Below are positions 47,624-56,586 of a DNA stretch of 64,000 nucleotides, one piece after another. Where the stretch lies: the IMG/VR virus record IMGVR_UViG_3300042922_000323, positions 60,977 to 124,976 of that record. One strand, given 5' to 3'. Numbering within the stretch: the first letter of the stretch is position 1; the number at the start of each line of letters is the position of its first letter. Under the pieces are notes generated by a model, which worked only from the letters and a program-made list of their open reading frames with translations, searched no databases and had not been told where the DNA came from. Source of the DNA: a virus. Its lineage: Duplodnaviria; Heunggongvirae; Uroviricota; Caudoviricetes. Position numbers and translations under genes: made by a program.

Positions 47624-48022
47624 ATGTGTCAACATTGCAGTGGAGTAAGAAGGTATGCACCAGAGTATAAGGCTTTAAAAGAAGACCAGAATGGTTCTGG
47701 GGTAGTAAAGATTCAGGGTCGTCCAGTACAGTTTATCAAGCAGGGTAACAGAATTATCGTCAAACAGCATTTGGTAACTGATATAGGCGAAGTTGTGGGT
47801 ATCTGCGAGAAGCACGATGGTGATGCTTACAGATGCAAACTGGGTGTAAAAATCTCATTGGCTAAAGCATTGAAAAAGCTCCTTGTCAAAGAAAGAGAAT
47901 TACACGAGCAACACTTACAGCCAATAATCACTCAGTATGATTCATTGGTTGAGGAAATTACCCAGGCTATGCCTGATACTACCCTAAAAAGAATCAGACC
48001 AAAGAGGTCAATAAGTGAATAA
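47624..48022 (+). CDS. Hypothetical protein with an N-terminal CxxC (MCQHCSG…).
   Basis: ORF track, trimmed to an ATG after AAGGAGG. Confidence 0.45.
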   Translation: MCQHCSGVRRYAPEYKALKEDQNGSGVVKIQGRPVQFIKQGNRIIVKQHLVTDIGEVVGICEKHDGDAYRCKLGVKISLAKALKKLLVKERELHEQHLQPIITQYDSLVEEITQAMPDTTLKRIRPKRSISE

Positions 48023-48182
48023 GTAAGGGAGGGAAACCTTATGTTTCCTATGATGGTTGTTATAATTTTAGTAGGAGCACTGCTCCTATGGTTTGCACTT
48101 GCCCGCCTGTTCAAATGGATTGGTGGCGGAGCACAAAAACTAATTGAGCCGCTAAAAGAAGCGAGCAAGGAGGATATGGACA

Positions 48183-49100
48183 ATGGAAACAAAATATAAC
48201 GTAAAAAAGGGTTTCAAAATAAAACTCGGAGGTATCATAGTAGCCGTAGTATTGGTACTGGCTCTGATAGGACTGCTTATCTGCTCAACAACGATTAAGG
48301 CAGGTTACGTTGGCGTTGTTTACAATGCTAATGGCGGTATTGAAAATACTGTTTTAAACCAGGGATGGTATACAGTAGCTCCTTGGAAGCACGTTACCAG
48401 TTACCCAGTAAGTACTGAAACAGTGTATCTCAGTAAAGGTGTTAAAGAAAGTGGCAAGGACGATGATTCTGTGATGGCGGGTACTGCTGATGGAAAGCCT
48501 ATCAATATGGACGTATCATATACATACCATTTTGATTCGTTGAAGGTGAAAGATATATTTACAAAATTTCGTGGTCAATCTGCGTCCGCCATAGCTGATA
48601 GCTACATAAGACGTTTCATTAAGGATGACTTAAATGAAATCTCTACCCAGTATGGCACGTTTGATGTGTATGGTACAAAGAGAACCGAGGTAGCACAGAA
48701 GACTTACCAGAAGTTAACTGAGGACTTAAAGAAGGACGGCATTATCATCGAGTCATTCAGTATCACTGATGTAAGACCTGACGCTGAAACTACCAAAGCA
48801 ATACAGGCTAAAGTCAATGCTATTCAGGCATTGGAACAAGCCAAGGTTGAAAAGGATAAGGCAGTGGTTGAAGCTGATAAGAAAGTAGCTGTTGCCAAAG
48901 GTGACGCTGATTCAGCTAAGATAAAGGCTGATGGTGAAGCGTATGCCAACAAGGTAAAACAGGCTTCGATAACACCTGAACTCATTCAGTACACACTGGC
49001 TACGAAATGGGATGGAAAACAGCCTATAGTGGTCGGTGGTAACGGTGCAATACTTGATTTGAGTAAGTTGATGACTGATAATACTGCCGCCACTAAGTAA
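48183..49100 (+). CDS. SPFH (band-7, prohibitin or HflK/C-like) membrane protein (305 aa).
   Basis: An N-terminal TM helix followed by an SPFH-like domain and a coiled-coil Ala/Lys-rich C-terminus. Confidence 0.6.
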   Translation: METKYNVKKGFKIKLGGIIVAVVLVLALIGLLICSTTIKAGYVGVVYNANGGIENTVLNQGWYTVAPWKHVTSYPVSTETVYLSKGVKESGKDDDSVMAGTADGKPINMDVSYTYHFDSLKVKDIFTKFRGQSASAIADSYIRRFIKDDLNEISTQYGTFDVYGTKRTEVAQKTYQKLTEDLKKDGIIIESFSITDVRPDAETTKAIQAKVNAIQALEQAKVEKDKAVVEADKKVAVAKGDADSAKIKADGEAYANKVKQASITPELIQYTLATKWDGKQPIVVGGNGAILDLSKLMTDNTAATK

Positions 49101-49371
49101 TAGGCGGTCTGTTGGTGGGGCGGAAACCCGCCCCGTCACTATTTAGGAGGGGTTGGTATGTGCGTTAGAATTTGTAAGTGTAATTCATGCTATAAGAAAC
49201 AGACGTGTACGGACTGCCCACACATAAGTCGGCATAAAGATGTTAACTGTGCCACTAGCGGTGTAACAGAATGTGACCACTTTGTGCAGTATAAATAATT
49301 ATGGAATTATACAATCCTATGAGCCGCCCTGCATTGCGACGACTTGATAGTGTAGAGAACCCAAAATGTTG

Positions 49372-49440
49372 TTCCGTGTAGCTTAATGGTAGAGCAGCCC
49401 CCGAGGGGGGCGGATATTGGTTCGAACCCAATTACGGTAA
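49372..49440 (+). ncRNA. tRNA-like sequence with a non-canonical anticodon arm. The stem is GCCCC/GGGGC with a 5-nt loop, which alternatively folds as a 6-bp GC hairpin with loop GAG. It may be a pseudo-tRNA.
   Basis: D-arm TAGCTTAATGGTAGAGC and T-arm ATTGGTTCGAACCCAAT are canonical. The acceptor has one mismatch. No CCA is encoded. Confidence 0.3.
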
Positions 49441-49487
49441 TGGTTGGTTCGTAGGATTATATAATCCCATAATAGGAGGTATTTTAT

Positions 49488-49799
49488 ATGGAAAAGCCAA
49501 CAGTTGAAGAAGTAGAGAAGGTAATCAATTGGTTAAATACTACATCACTTACTGTACTAAATTTATATAGCGCAGAAATACAGATTACTTCTCATTTACT
49601 AAAGAAGGCAAAGCTGTCTCTTGAAGAGAAACAACACATGTTTGTATGTACATGCTGTAATAACATGTTTGAAGTTAACAATGTTGACATTGACAAGCAC
49701 AGCATATCAAATTGTCCTTACTGTGGGGTTATCGCAAAAGAAACATTCTTGGGCAATACTACTGAAATTATTGAAAGATGTACGGTAAGTAAGGGGTGA
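49488..49799 (+). CDS. Zinc-ribbon protein (103 aa; CTCCNN…CPYCG).
   Basis: ORF track. RBS AGGAGG. Confidence 0.45.
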   Translation: MEKPTVEEVEKVINWLNTTSLTVLNLYSAEIQITSHLLKKAKLSLEEKQHMFVCTCCNNMFEVNNVDIDKHSISNCPYCGVIAKETFLGNTTEIIERCTVSKG

Positions 49800-49803
49800 A
49801 AAA

Positions 49804-50121
49804 TTGAGAAAATATATTGAGGTTTATAGGGATTTTAAGGGCTTAACTGAGATTCAAAAGAATCGTAAATCTCGTGAAGAGCCTTGTGAGGTACAAGGTA
49901 CTGTGGTTGATGTAAGTGAACCAAGCATAGGTATATGTGTGTCCGTCAAGGTCATCGGTGCTGATATGTTTGATAGTGTAGTATTTTGTTACTTCTCCAA
50001 AGAGTTTAGATTTGCTTTTGCAGAACTTAATAAGGGTGACAAAGTAGTTATACAAGGCACATTCGTTCTAAATTCCAAGTTTTGGGAATTGCACAGGTGC
50101 TATAGTATAACAAAAGCTTAG
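49804..50121 (+). CDS. Hypothetical protein (105 aa).
   Basis: ORF track. TTG start. Confidence 0.4.
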   Translation: MRKYIEVYRDFKGLTEIQKNRKSREEPCEVQGTVVDVSEPSIGICVSVKVIGADMFDSVVFCYFSKEFRFAFAELNKGDKVVIQGTFVLNSKFWELHRCYSITKA

Positions 50122-50136
50122 TAGTTTTGTGGGTAC

Positions 50137-50238
50137 TTATACGTATTCCCACGCTTCACAATCTCCACACAGGAGTTGACAGTGTAGACCCACTGTGAGT
50201 CCAGTTGGTTGTGACTTGTGGGAATAAGTATAAGTACC
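50137..50238. repeat. Large inverted repeat. The 24-bp arms GTGGGTACTTATACGTATTCCCAC and GTGGGAATAAGTATAAGTACCCAC flank a ~54-bp core that holds nested inverted repeats.
   Basis: Read directly. It sits at the start of a 500-bp non-coding region. Confidence 0.6.
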
Positions 50239-50638
50239 CACTTTTATACATGACGGTTTAGCCTGTTAGAGTGCGTGAGGGCTTTACCCTCAGACCGTCT
50301 ATATGATTTAACGTAAGGGGTTCGTACAATTAGTATACTAGCAATATGCAGAAGTCGGTAACAAGTACGGTAAGTCTCCGTTGCGGTTTGCGAAGGTTAG
50401 TAATGTGACCAATGTTACACGAGGACTCAGGGACAACCTATAGGACGGAGTAATTCCCAAAAGTGAGAGCAATATGTGAGCTAGGGATTTCGGTAAAAGC
50501 AGTTGATTGTGGCAATAATGCGGAGATAGATTGGCACTCCGACTTTAACTGTAATAAATCCGTCACCCGCCTGTAAGAACTGATAGTGTAGGTTCTTACA
50601 GGTTTAAAAGCTAAAATCACCTTGGAGGTGTTGAATAT

Positions 50639-50971
50639 ATGTACATAGTAAAATCAAAAGATGCTGTTCTCGACCACAGCGTGTATCTCAGGATAAGGGA
50701 ACACGATGGGCGACATTACACAATGAGATACTACCTACTAGGCGATTTGCAACAAGTAAACGTATCTAGTAGGGAGTGTCAGGTAATAGCCAGTGATCTG
50801 GATTTAGACCAGGGTATTCAAAATATGATAGACATATTTGATAGTAATGTAGCTTCTGACCGAAAAGATTACACGGTATCTGACCTTTTCTACCGCAGAT
50901 ATCCGAGTAGCTATAAAGAAGTATGTGACAAGTTTAATAAGCTTTATGATAAAACCAAAAGAATAGATTAG
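50639..50971 (+). CDS. Hypothetical protein (110 aa).
   Basis: ORF track. RBS GGAGGTG. Confidence 0.45.
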   Translation: MYIVKSKDAVLDHSVYLRIREHDGRHYTMRYYLLGDLQQVNVSSRECQVIASDLDLDQGIQNMIDIFDSNVASDRKDYTVSDLFYRRYPSSYKEVCDKFNKLYDKTKRID

Positions 50972-50986
50972 TGTGGAGGTGAACAT

Positions 50987-51376
50987 GTGAGTAAGAAAGG
51001 TAAAAAGACCAAAGAACAAAAGGCAAAGCAAGAGCGAAAGCCCTACATGACGGATAGCCGTCGCTGTGAGATTGTAAACAAGGCAGTCAGAGTACACAAG
51101 TCCCCAGGTTTGAAGTTTATGAATCTTCTTCCTGAGTCTTATAATAAACTCACTAAGATAGGTATTAAGTTGGGCACAGACCAACAACTAAGACACCTAT
51201 ATTCATCCTATGCTAACGGTAATAAGATAAATTACGTTGTTTTATTGTTGGAGGGTTTAGGAAAGGACAAATATTGGGCTATATGGGAACTTGAATTTTC
51301 AAAGATGGGGGAGGATTCTGTTGCAACACCTATTTGGAAAGGCTTTATCAAAGATACTCCGTTCGTTTGGATTTGA
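50987..51376 (+). CDS. Hypothetical basic protein (129 aa).
   Basis: ORF track. GTG start with RBS GGAGGTG. Confidence 0.45.
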   Translation: MSKKGKKTKEQKAKQERKPYMTDSRRCEIVNKAVRVHKSPGLKFMNLLPESYNKLTKIGIKLGTDQQLRHLYSSYANGNKINYVVLLLEGLGKDKYWAIWELEFSKMGEDSVATPIWKGFIKDTPFVWI

Positions 51377-51398
51377 GGTGAAAGACGTGTTGTTAATG

Positions 51399-51716
51399 TG
51401 GGATATTGAGAGTATCACAAATGACAGGTACATACTAGCCGATTCACGGGTATATACTGCCGAAGGGTGCGACCAAATGTTAGTGGTAATAGATGGAAGG
51501 GATATTGTAGCTAAAAGTAAAGAAGTCTCACTTAGGGAAGGTTTACAGACTTTAGTAGACCACTATGACACTAATACCAACATAGACCAGAGAGACTGCC
51601 ATCTTTACTATCTTTTAAAAAACTATGATGGAAGGCTGTTCGATGAATTTCACAAAAAAGTTCGTAATATTCAGGATAGGGATTGTAAGCTCAATTTTTA
51701 CAGTGAGGAGGGCTAA
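51399..51716 (+). CDS. Hypothetical protein (about 105 aa).
   Basis: ORF track, trimmed. RBS GAGGTG. Confidence 0.4.
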   Translation, partial: WDIESITNDRYILADSRVYTAEGCDQMLVVIDGRDIVAKSKEVSLREGLQTLVDHYDTNTNIDQRDCHLYYLLKNYDGRLFDEFHKKVRNIQDRDCKLNFYSEEG

Positions 51717-51719
51717 GCT

Positions 51720-52112
51720 ATGAGTTATATGATTGTTACAAAAGTAAAAAGCATAGTGCATAGTAAATACGTCCTTGCTGAATGTAAGGTTAAAAATGAC
51801 AATAATAGGTGGGATAGAACACTGCTTGTCGATTGGGGTGAGGATGGCTATAATTCTGATGGTGACAGCCGCCGCAGATTCAAGCGAGATGATGTAGTGG
51901 TATACGACAACAGTATGATAATACCACAACCTGACATAACTCACGGATTAACATATCTTCTTGATTTGTTTGATAATAATGTACCACCTAACTTAAAAGA
52001 AATGAAGATATTTCACTATTTTCAAGCTACAAAAATGCACAGGGCTATTGATTTTATGAATAGGGCCGAAGTGACAAAGGAAAAGAATAATTGTTTGAGG
52101 GGGTGGTGTTAG
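51720..52112 (+). CDS. Hypothetical protein (130 aa).
   Basis: ORF track. RBS GAGGAGGG. Confidence 0.45.
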   Translation: MSYMIVTKVKSIVHSKYVLAECKVKNDNNRWDRTLLVDWGEDGYNSDGDSRRRFKRDDVVVYDNSMIIPQPDITHGLTYLLDLFDNNVPPNLKEMKIFHYFQATKMHRAIDFMNRAEVTKEKNNCLRGWC

Positions 52113-52459
52113 TGCCTTACATAGTCAATAATGTCAGAATCTTTGGTAATTATGTAACTAACACACATTACATGGAATTATACTTGTGGCAATCAACAAA
52201 TTTATGGAAACATATAATGTTTACAAAAAACTTGGAAGGTATAGAGCCAGAGGGTGACACTATTGTGTCAGAACATTGTGACACAATAGAGAAGGGCGTT
52301 GAGGAAATGCTTAAAAGGTTTGATTGCAATATGCCCAATAAATATAAAATAATGTACATTAACTCTCCACTGGCGGAATATAACAAAATGCTATACAACA
52401 AGGCTGCCGAAGAGATTAATAAGGTTATCGAAGCTGAGAAGGGGGTGATGTTGATGTGA
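52111..52459 (+). CDS. Hypothetical protein (about 115 aa).
   Basis: ORF track, trimmed to a GTG after GAGGGGGTGGTG. Confidence 0.4.
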
Positions 52460-52713
52460 AGCAGGTAAAAGATATTTCTTATTTGAACCTCATGGTTGAT
52501 GTCAGCAATGTTATTGCAAAAAAACCTACGTGTTTTATAGGCACTAACTTCGGAGGTGTAATACTCGTAAAGCTTTATGACGAGGGAAATGTCAGGTACA
52601 GGCTGTATCCAGTGCACAAGTTCAGATTGAATAACTTTTTTCCTATAGCGTCGCTATTGGAATTGGCTCAATTTTTTGAACAACTCAAATGGAAAGCGAC
52701 AGGGGTTAGATAA
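52456..52713 (+). CDS. Hypothetical protein (85 aa).
   Basis: ORF track. GTG start after AAGGGGGTG. Confidence 0.4.
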   Translation: MKQVKDISYLNLMVDVSNVIAKKPTCFIGTNFGGVILVKLYDEGNVRYRLYPVHKFRLNNFFPIASLLELAQFFEQLKWKATGVR

Positions 52714-52726
52714 GGGAGGAATGAGT

Positions 52727-52975
52727 ATGTTGGGGAAGAAATTTCCTGTAGTTTTACTACTGTCTATACTAGTTATTGTGCTATCTTCCTGTGGTATAGA
52801 GCTGCCTAAAACTGATACGCAGGAACTAGCCGAAAAGCTAAAAGGTAATGACAGAGTAGAAATTGTATACTTCGGAAGGTTTGACGGGTACAACGGTTGG
52901 GTGACGATATTTAAGGATAAGGAAACTGGTACTGAGATATTTGTCACTGATTCAGGAATTACAAAACTAAATTAA
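52727..52975 (+). CDS. Putative lipoprotein (signal peptide with lipobox LSSC).
   Basis: MLGKKFPVVLLLSILVIVLSSCGIE… RBS GGGAGGA. Confidence 0.5.
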   Translation: MLGKKFPVVLLLSILVIVLSSCGIELPKTDTQELAEKLKGNDRVEIVYFGRFDGYNGWVTIFKDKETGTEIFVTDSGITKLN

Positions 52976-52989
52976 AAGAGGGTGATAAG

Positions 52990-53694
52990 ATGCAGTCTAC
53001 CAAGGTGAAAATGGCTGTGGCATTAGTTGCAGTCATGGTAGCATTAGCTGTTCCAAACTACACCATTAATGGTGATAGTGAGACAGTGACTACTACCGCA
53101 GTTACGGTGGCAAAACCAACGCCACAACCACAAGTAACTGAGATAGCCAAAGTCGAAGAACCTCCAAAACCAAAGGTTGAGGTCAAGACAGCAGAACAGA
53201 AGAAGCTTGAAGAAAAGCAGGACAACATTAAGGCGGTTGCAGTGATGATGCAAGGCTATCGTGAAGAGCCAGGGTCAAGCGGTGTTAAACTTAATGATGC
53301 TACGGCTCAGAAATATGCTAAAGCGTTCATAGATGCTTGTGAGGAGTATAAAGTTCCTCTTTACACAGCACTAGGAATGGGTTGGTATGAAAGTGGATTT
53401 GATAAAAAAGAAGTTTCAAGCTGTGGGGCTGTAGGTATTATGCAAGTAATGCCAGGTACAGCTAAGAAGTATGGAGTAAGTCGTGAAGAACTATTTAACC
53501 CGCTAGTAAACATTAAAACAGGTGTACATTATCTGGCTGATTTGAAGTATTCTTCGGGTTGTAGTTGGGACACCGCCATTCGTGGTTATAACCAAGGATT
53601 ACCTAGAGCTATAGCAAAGCCAAGCAGGGGCGGTAGTTATCTTAAAATTGTGCGAAAGCATAGTACAAACATGAAAAATGCAGTAGGAAATTAA
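52990..53694 (+). CDS. Membrane-anchored lytic transglycosylase (SLT or GH23-like; …YESGF…GIMQVMPGT…).
   Basis: SLT catalytic-region motifs (E-S-G-F and G-I-M-Q-V) read in the translation. An N-terminal TM helix. Confidence 0.6.
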   Translation: MQSTKVKMAVALVAVMVALAVPNYTINGDSETVTTTAVTVAKPTPQPQVTEIAKVEEPPKPKVEVKTAEQKKLEEKQDNIKAVAVMMQGYREEPGSSGVKLNDATAQKYAKAFIDACEEYKVPLYTALGMGWYESGFDKKEVSSCGAVGIMQVMPGTAKKYGVSREELFNPLVNIKTGVHYLADLKYSSGCSWDTAIRGYNQGLPRAIAKPSRGGSYLKIVRKHSTNMKNAVGN

Positions 53695-53709
53695 TGGAGG
53701 TGACCTAAT

Positions 53710-54255
53710 GTGTTGAGAGAAGTCATTTACTGGGTGTTGCTTATAGGTTGGGCGATAACAATTGTTGTTACCACCATAAGAGACGTTAAGAGGAAGGATG
53801 ACGAAAAAAGTAGACTGGAATTAAATGTGGAAAGTTTGACCTTGGAGTTAAGTCTCCAAGGTCTTTTAATGCACAGAAAAAATCAGTACTACTGGGATGA
53901 AGTGATAGAAATATCACGTTGTGGTAAGTACAATAGCCACTATAAAGTCCGTGTACCTTCGCTAAATATTGAGGTAGAAGGAGAGTGGTTTGAGGAAGCT
54001 ATTGAAAAAGTCAATCAAGCCATAAAAGAGTACCATGAAAATATGGAAAGCAAAGCATACGAAAGGTGTCAGTGCTGTAGCAGTGCTCGGTACGGTAGTT
54101 GGCTTAGGATTAAGTGCTCTAAAAACCGTTTTGAGCATGGACGAATCCCTTATGAGTGTGAGTTATTCCAAGGAGGACTACCACAGGAGGAGGAATATGC
54201 CAATGGAGCAGACAAAGACAAATGTAATAGCACTACCCCCGCCGAAGGTCAGTGA
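53710..54255 (+). CDS. Membrane-anchored Cys-rich protein (181 aa).
   Basis: ORF track. Confidence 0.4.
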   Translation: MLREVIYWVLLIGWAITIVVTTIRDVKRKDDEKSRLELNVESLTLELSLQGLLMHRKNQYYWDEVIEISRCGKYNSHYKVRVPSLNIEVEGEWFEEAIEKVNQAIKEYHENMESKAYERCQCCSSARYGSWLRIKCSKNRFEHGRIPYECELFQGGLPQEEEYANGADKDKCNSTTPAEGQ

Positions 54256-54601
54256 AATATTGAAAAAAATAACTGAAAATAAACCAATAAACGCTACAGG
54301 GCTTGTAACTCCTCAATTAATTGAGTTACAAGCCCTTAATGTTGTGGAGATTTCACTCGGCAGAGTTTATTCTTTGCCTTATGTCATTATTCGTAATGAT
54401 GGTGACAACCAGTTGGGGCTATATAATCCTACATCTAACGTAGTGTTAAAGTATTTTCCAGTTGGTTCAACTATCCGTGAATTGAACGACTCATTACGAC
54501 ATGGGCGTATAGTTTGTTGGTACAGTACTTTAGGTGATTTCGTAAATAAGAGAAATAGAGTTCCTTTGGAGTTGGGGGGTGTTAAGGATGTCAGCCATTG
54601 A
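54202..54601 (+). CDS. Hypothetical protein (about 133 aa from MPMEQTK…).
   Basis: ORF track ORF 54035-54601, trimmed to an ATG after GGAGGAGGAA. This avoids a long overlap with the upstream gene. Confidence 0.4.
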
Positions 54602-54884
54602 TAAGATTGCGAAAGAACGCACACGAATTGAAGGCTGTGAGTATTCCTCCATTGACGAAGCCATGAGAGACTTGTTGGCGATGCTAAAAGATTGTGGGTA
54701 TATAACCCGCAATTGTTACAAGTCTATGACAGGTATGTTAAAGTCTAAGCGTTCAAGCCGCTTTGCGGTATTAAAATACATCAGACGACATGTACCAAGG
54801 GTTGTAGTTGTTCCTCGCATAGATAACGTAAAAGTTGTTTTTGTAAGGGGTGGAGGTTTTAGTGAATTATCGAGATGGAGATGA
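54588..54884 (+). CDS. Hypothetical protein (about 98 aa).
   Basis: ORF track, trimmed. RBS GGGGTG. Confidence 0.4.
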   Translation: MSAIDKIAKERTRIEGCEYSSIDEAMRDLLAMLKDCGYITRNCYKSMTGMLKSKRSSRFAVLKYIRRHVPRVVVVPRIDNVKVVFVRGGGFSELSRWR

Positions 54885-54955
54885 AATAGGAGGTGGGCAA
54901 ATTGCCAAGAAAAGTAGTAAAGAAAGAAACAGAATTATCAGGAGGTAATGACGTT

Positions 54956-56506
54956 ATGAGTAATCCAGTACAGGCAGAAGATGTTATTAAGCCAGAGCAG
55001 TTGAACCTTATTATTTTGGCTTGCACTGACTGCGGTCAGGATTGCAGTAAATCTTATGGTGAGGTTGATGGCAAGCCTTTCTGTGACAAATGTTTTGATA
55101 AGAATTTCCGAGAGTGCACTGATTGTGGTAAACTCAAACCAAAAGCTGATGGAAAATTCTTCAAAAGAAAATTCTTTTGTATTGACTGCTATGACAGGAA
55201 GTACACCCTATGCGGACACTGCCACGAAAAGCTTGCAAAAGAAGATGCTAAAGAGCATGACGGAGTTCTGTACTGCCCGAAGTGCTTTGAAGAGCTGTTT
55301 GTAACATGTACTGACTGCGGTGCTGTTATGTTAAAAGATAGCACCGTAGTTCATGAGGGCAAGCATTACTGTCAGACTTGCTATGATGCAATGTTTGTAG
55401 AGTGTGTTGAATGTCACGCAAGAGTTCACAGAAGTAGTATTGTCCTGGTGGACGGTGAACCTTATTGTGGTCATTGCTTTGAGACTCAAACAGTTGAGTG
55501 CGACCATTGCCACAGAAGAGTAAACATTAACAATGCTCACGAAGATGAATATATTCACCTATGTAGTGATTGTTATGACAGTAACTATTACACTTGTGAT
55601 AGTTGTGGTAACTTTGTGCACGGCAATGATTTGGTGAGCAGAGGAAGTCAAACATTCTGCCCCGATTGTGCCCCTACGAGAGACATTCATGACTACTCGT
55701 TTAAACCTACCCCAAGATTCTACGGCGGATTTGACGAATTTGCCACATTCATGGGTGTTGAACTTGAATGTGACAGTGCAGGTGAGGACAGTGACAATGC
55801 AAGAAGAGTACTGAATATTACTAATGCAGAATACCGACTGCTCTATTGTAAGCATGATGGTTCACTAAATCGTGGATTTGAAATGGTTACCTATCCATGT
55901 ACCCTTGATTGGCACATGAATAAGTTCCCGTGGAAAGACGCACTGAAAAAATGTAGGTCAATGGGCTACAAGAGCCATGACAGTGGTAATTGTGGTCTAC
56001 ACGTACATATCAGCAGAAAAGCTTTTGGTACATCATTGGAAGACCAGGACGTTAACATCATGAAGTTATTGTTCTTCTTCGAGAAGTTCTGGACTAAGAT
56101 GGTTAGATTCTCACGAAGAACTGACTCTCAGCTTTCAAGATGGGCTAAAAGATATGGAATGAAGAGAACGCCGCAGGAGCTTCTGAATACTGCTAAAGGT
56201 TCAGAAAGATACTACGCCGTTAACCTTTGTAATCAAAAAACTATTGAGTTGAGATTGTTCAGGGGTACTCTTAAATATTCCACATTCATTGCCACTCTAC
56301 AGTTTGTACATGAACTTGTACGTATACTGAAAGAGTCATCAGTTGATGAAGTTACAAATACAAACTGGCTTGACTTTGTTAGGAAGATGAATCCTGAGTA
56401 CAGAGAACTCGGGGAATATCTTGAAAGAAGGGGCTTATCTTCTGAACCCATGACTACTGGCGTAGCTCGTGAGGATACAGATAACGACGAAGATACCGCC
56501 GCATAA
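54956..56506 (+). CDS. Fusion of an N-terminal seven-repeat LIM-like zinc-finger array (C-x2-C-x8-14-C-x2-C-F/Y) to a C-terminal amidoligase domain (Amidoligase_2-like, of the glutamine-synthetase or GCS-like fold; …GVELECDS…HDGSLNRGFEMVTYP…NCGLHVHIS…).
   Basis: Motifs read directly. The start is an ATG after GGAGGT, in frame with the ORF track ORF 54893-56506. I recognise the amidoligase fold by motif only. Confidence 0.55.
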   Translation: MSNPVQAEDVIKPEQLNLIILACTDCGQDCSKSYGEVDGKPFCDKCFDKNFRECTDCGKLKPKADGKFFKRKFFCIDCYDRKYTLCGHCHEKLAKEDAKEHDGVLYCPKCFEELFVTCTDCGAVMLKDSTVVHEGKHYCQTCYDAMFVECVECHARVHRSSIVLVDGEPYCGHCFETQTVECDHCHRRVNINNAHEDEYIHLCSDCYDSNYYTCDSCGNFVHGNDLVSRGSQTFCPDCAPTRDIHDYSFKPTPRFYGGFDEFATFMGVELECDSAGEDSDNARRVLNITNAEYRLLYCKHDGSLNRGFEMVTYPCTLDWHMNKFPWKDALKKCRSMGYKSHDSGNCGLHVHISRKAFGTSLEDQDVNIMKLLFFFEKFWTKMVRFSRRTDSQLSRWAKRYGMKRTPQELLNTAKGSERYYAVNLCNQKTIELRLFRGTLKYSTFIATLQFVHELVRILKESSVDEVTNTNWLDFVRKMNPEYRELGEYLERRGLSSEPMTTGVAREDTDNDEDTAA

Positions 56507-56586
56507 TTACTGTTAGCTGAGAGTCACCTGCATAAGTGGGTGGCTCTTTTAATTTACTTATTAAAAACTTAGGAGGTTTGATAATC

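Noticed and set aside
54035-54255. The full-length ORF-track start at 54035 for the gene ending at 54601.
   Set aside because: It would overlap the upstream gene by 220 nt in another frame. An internal ATG at 54202 has a strong GGAGGAGG RBS, so I trimmed the start.
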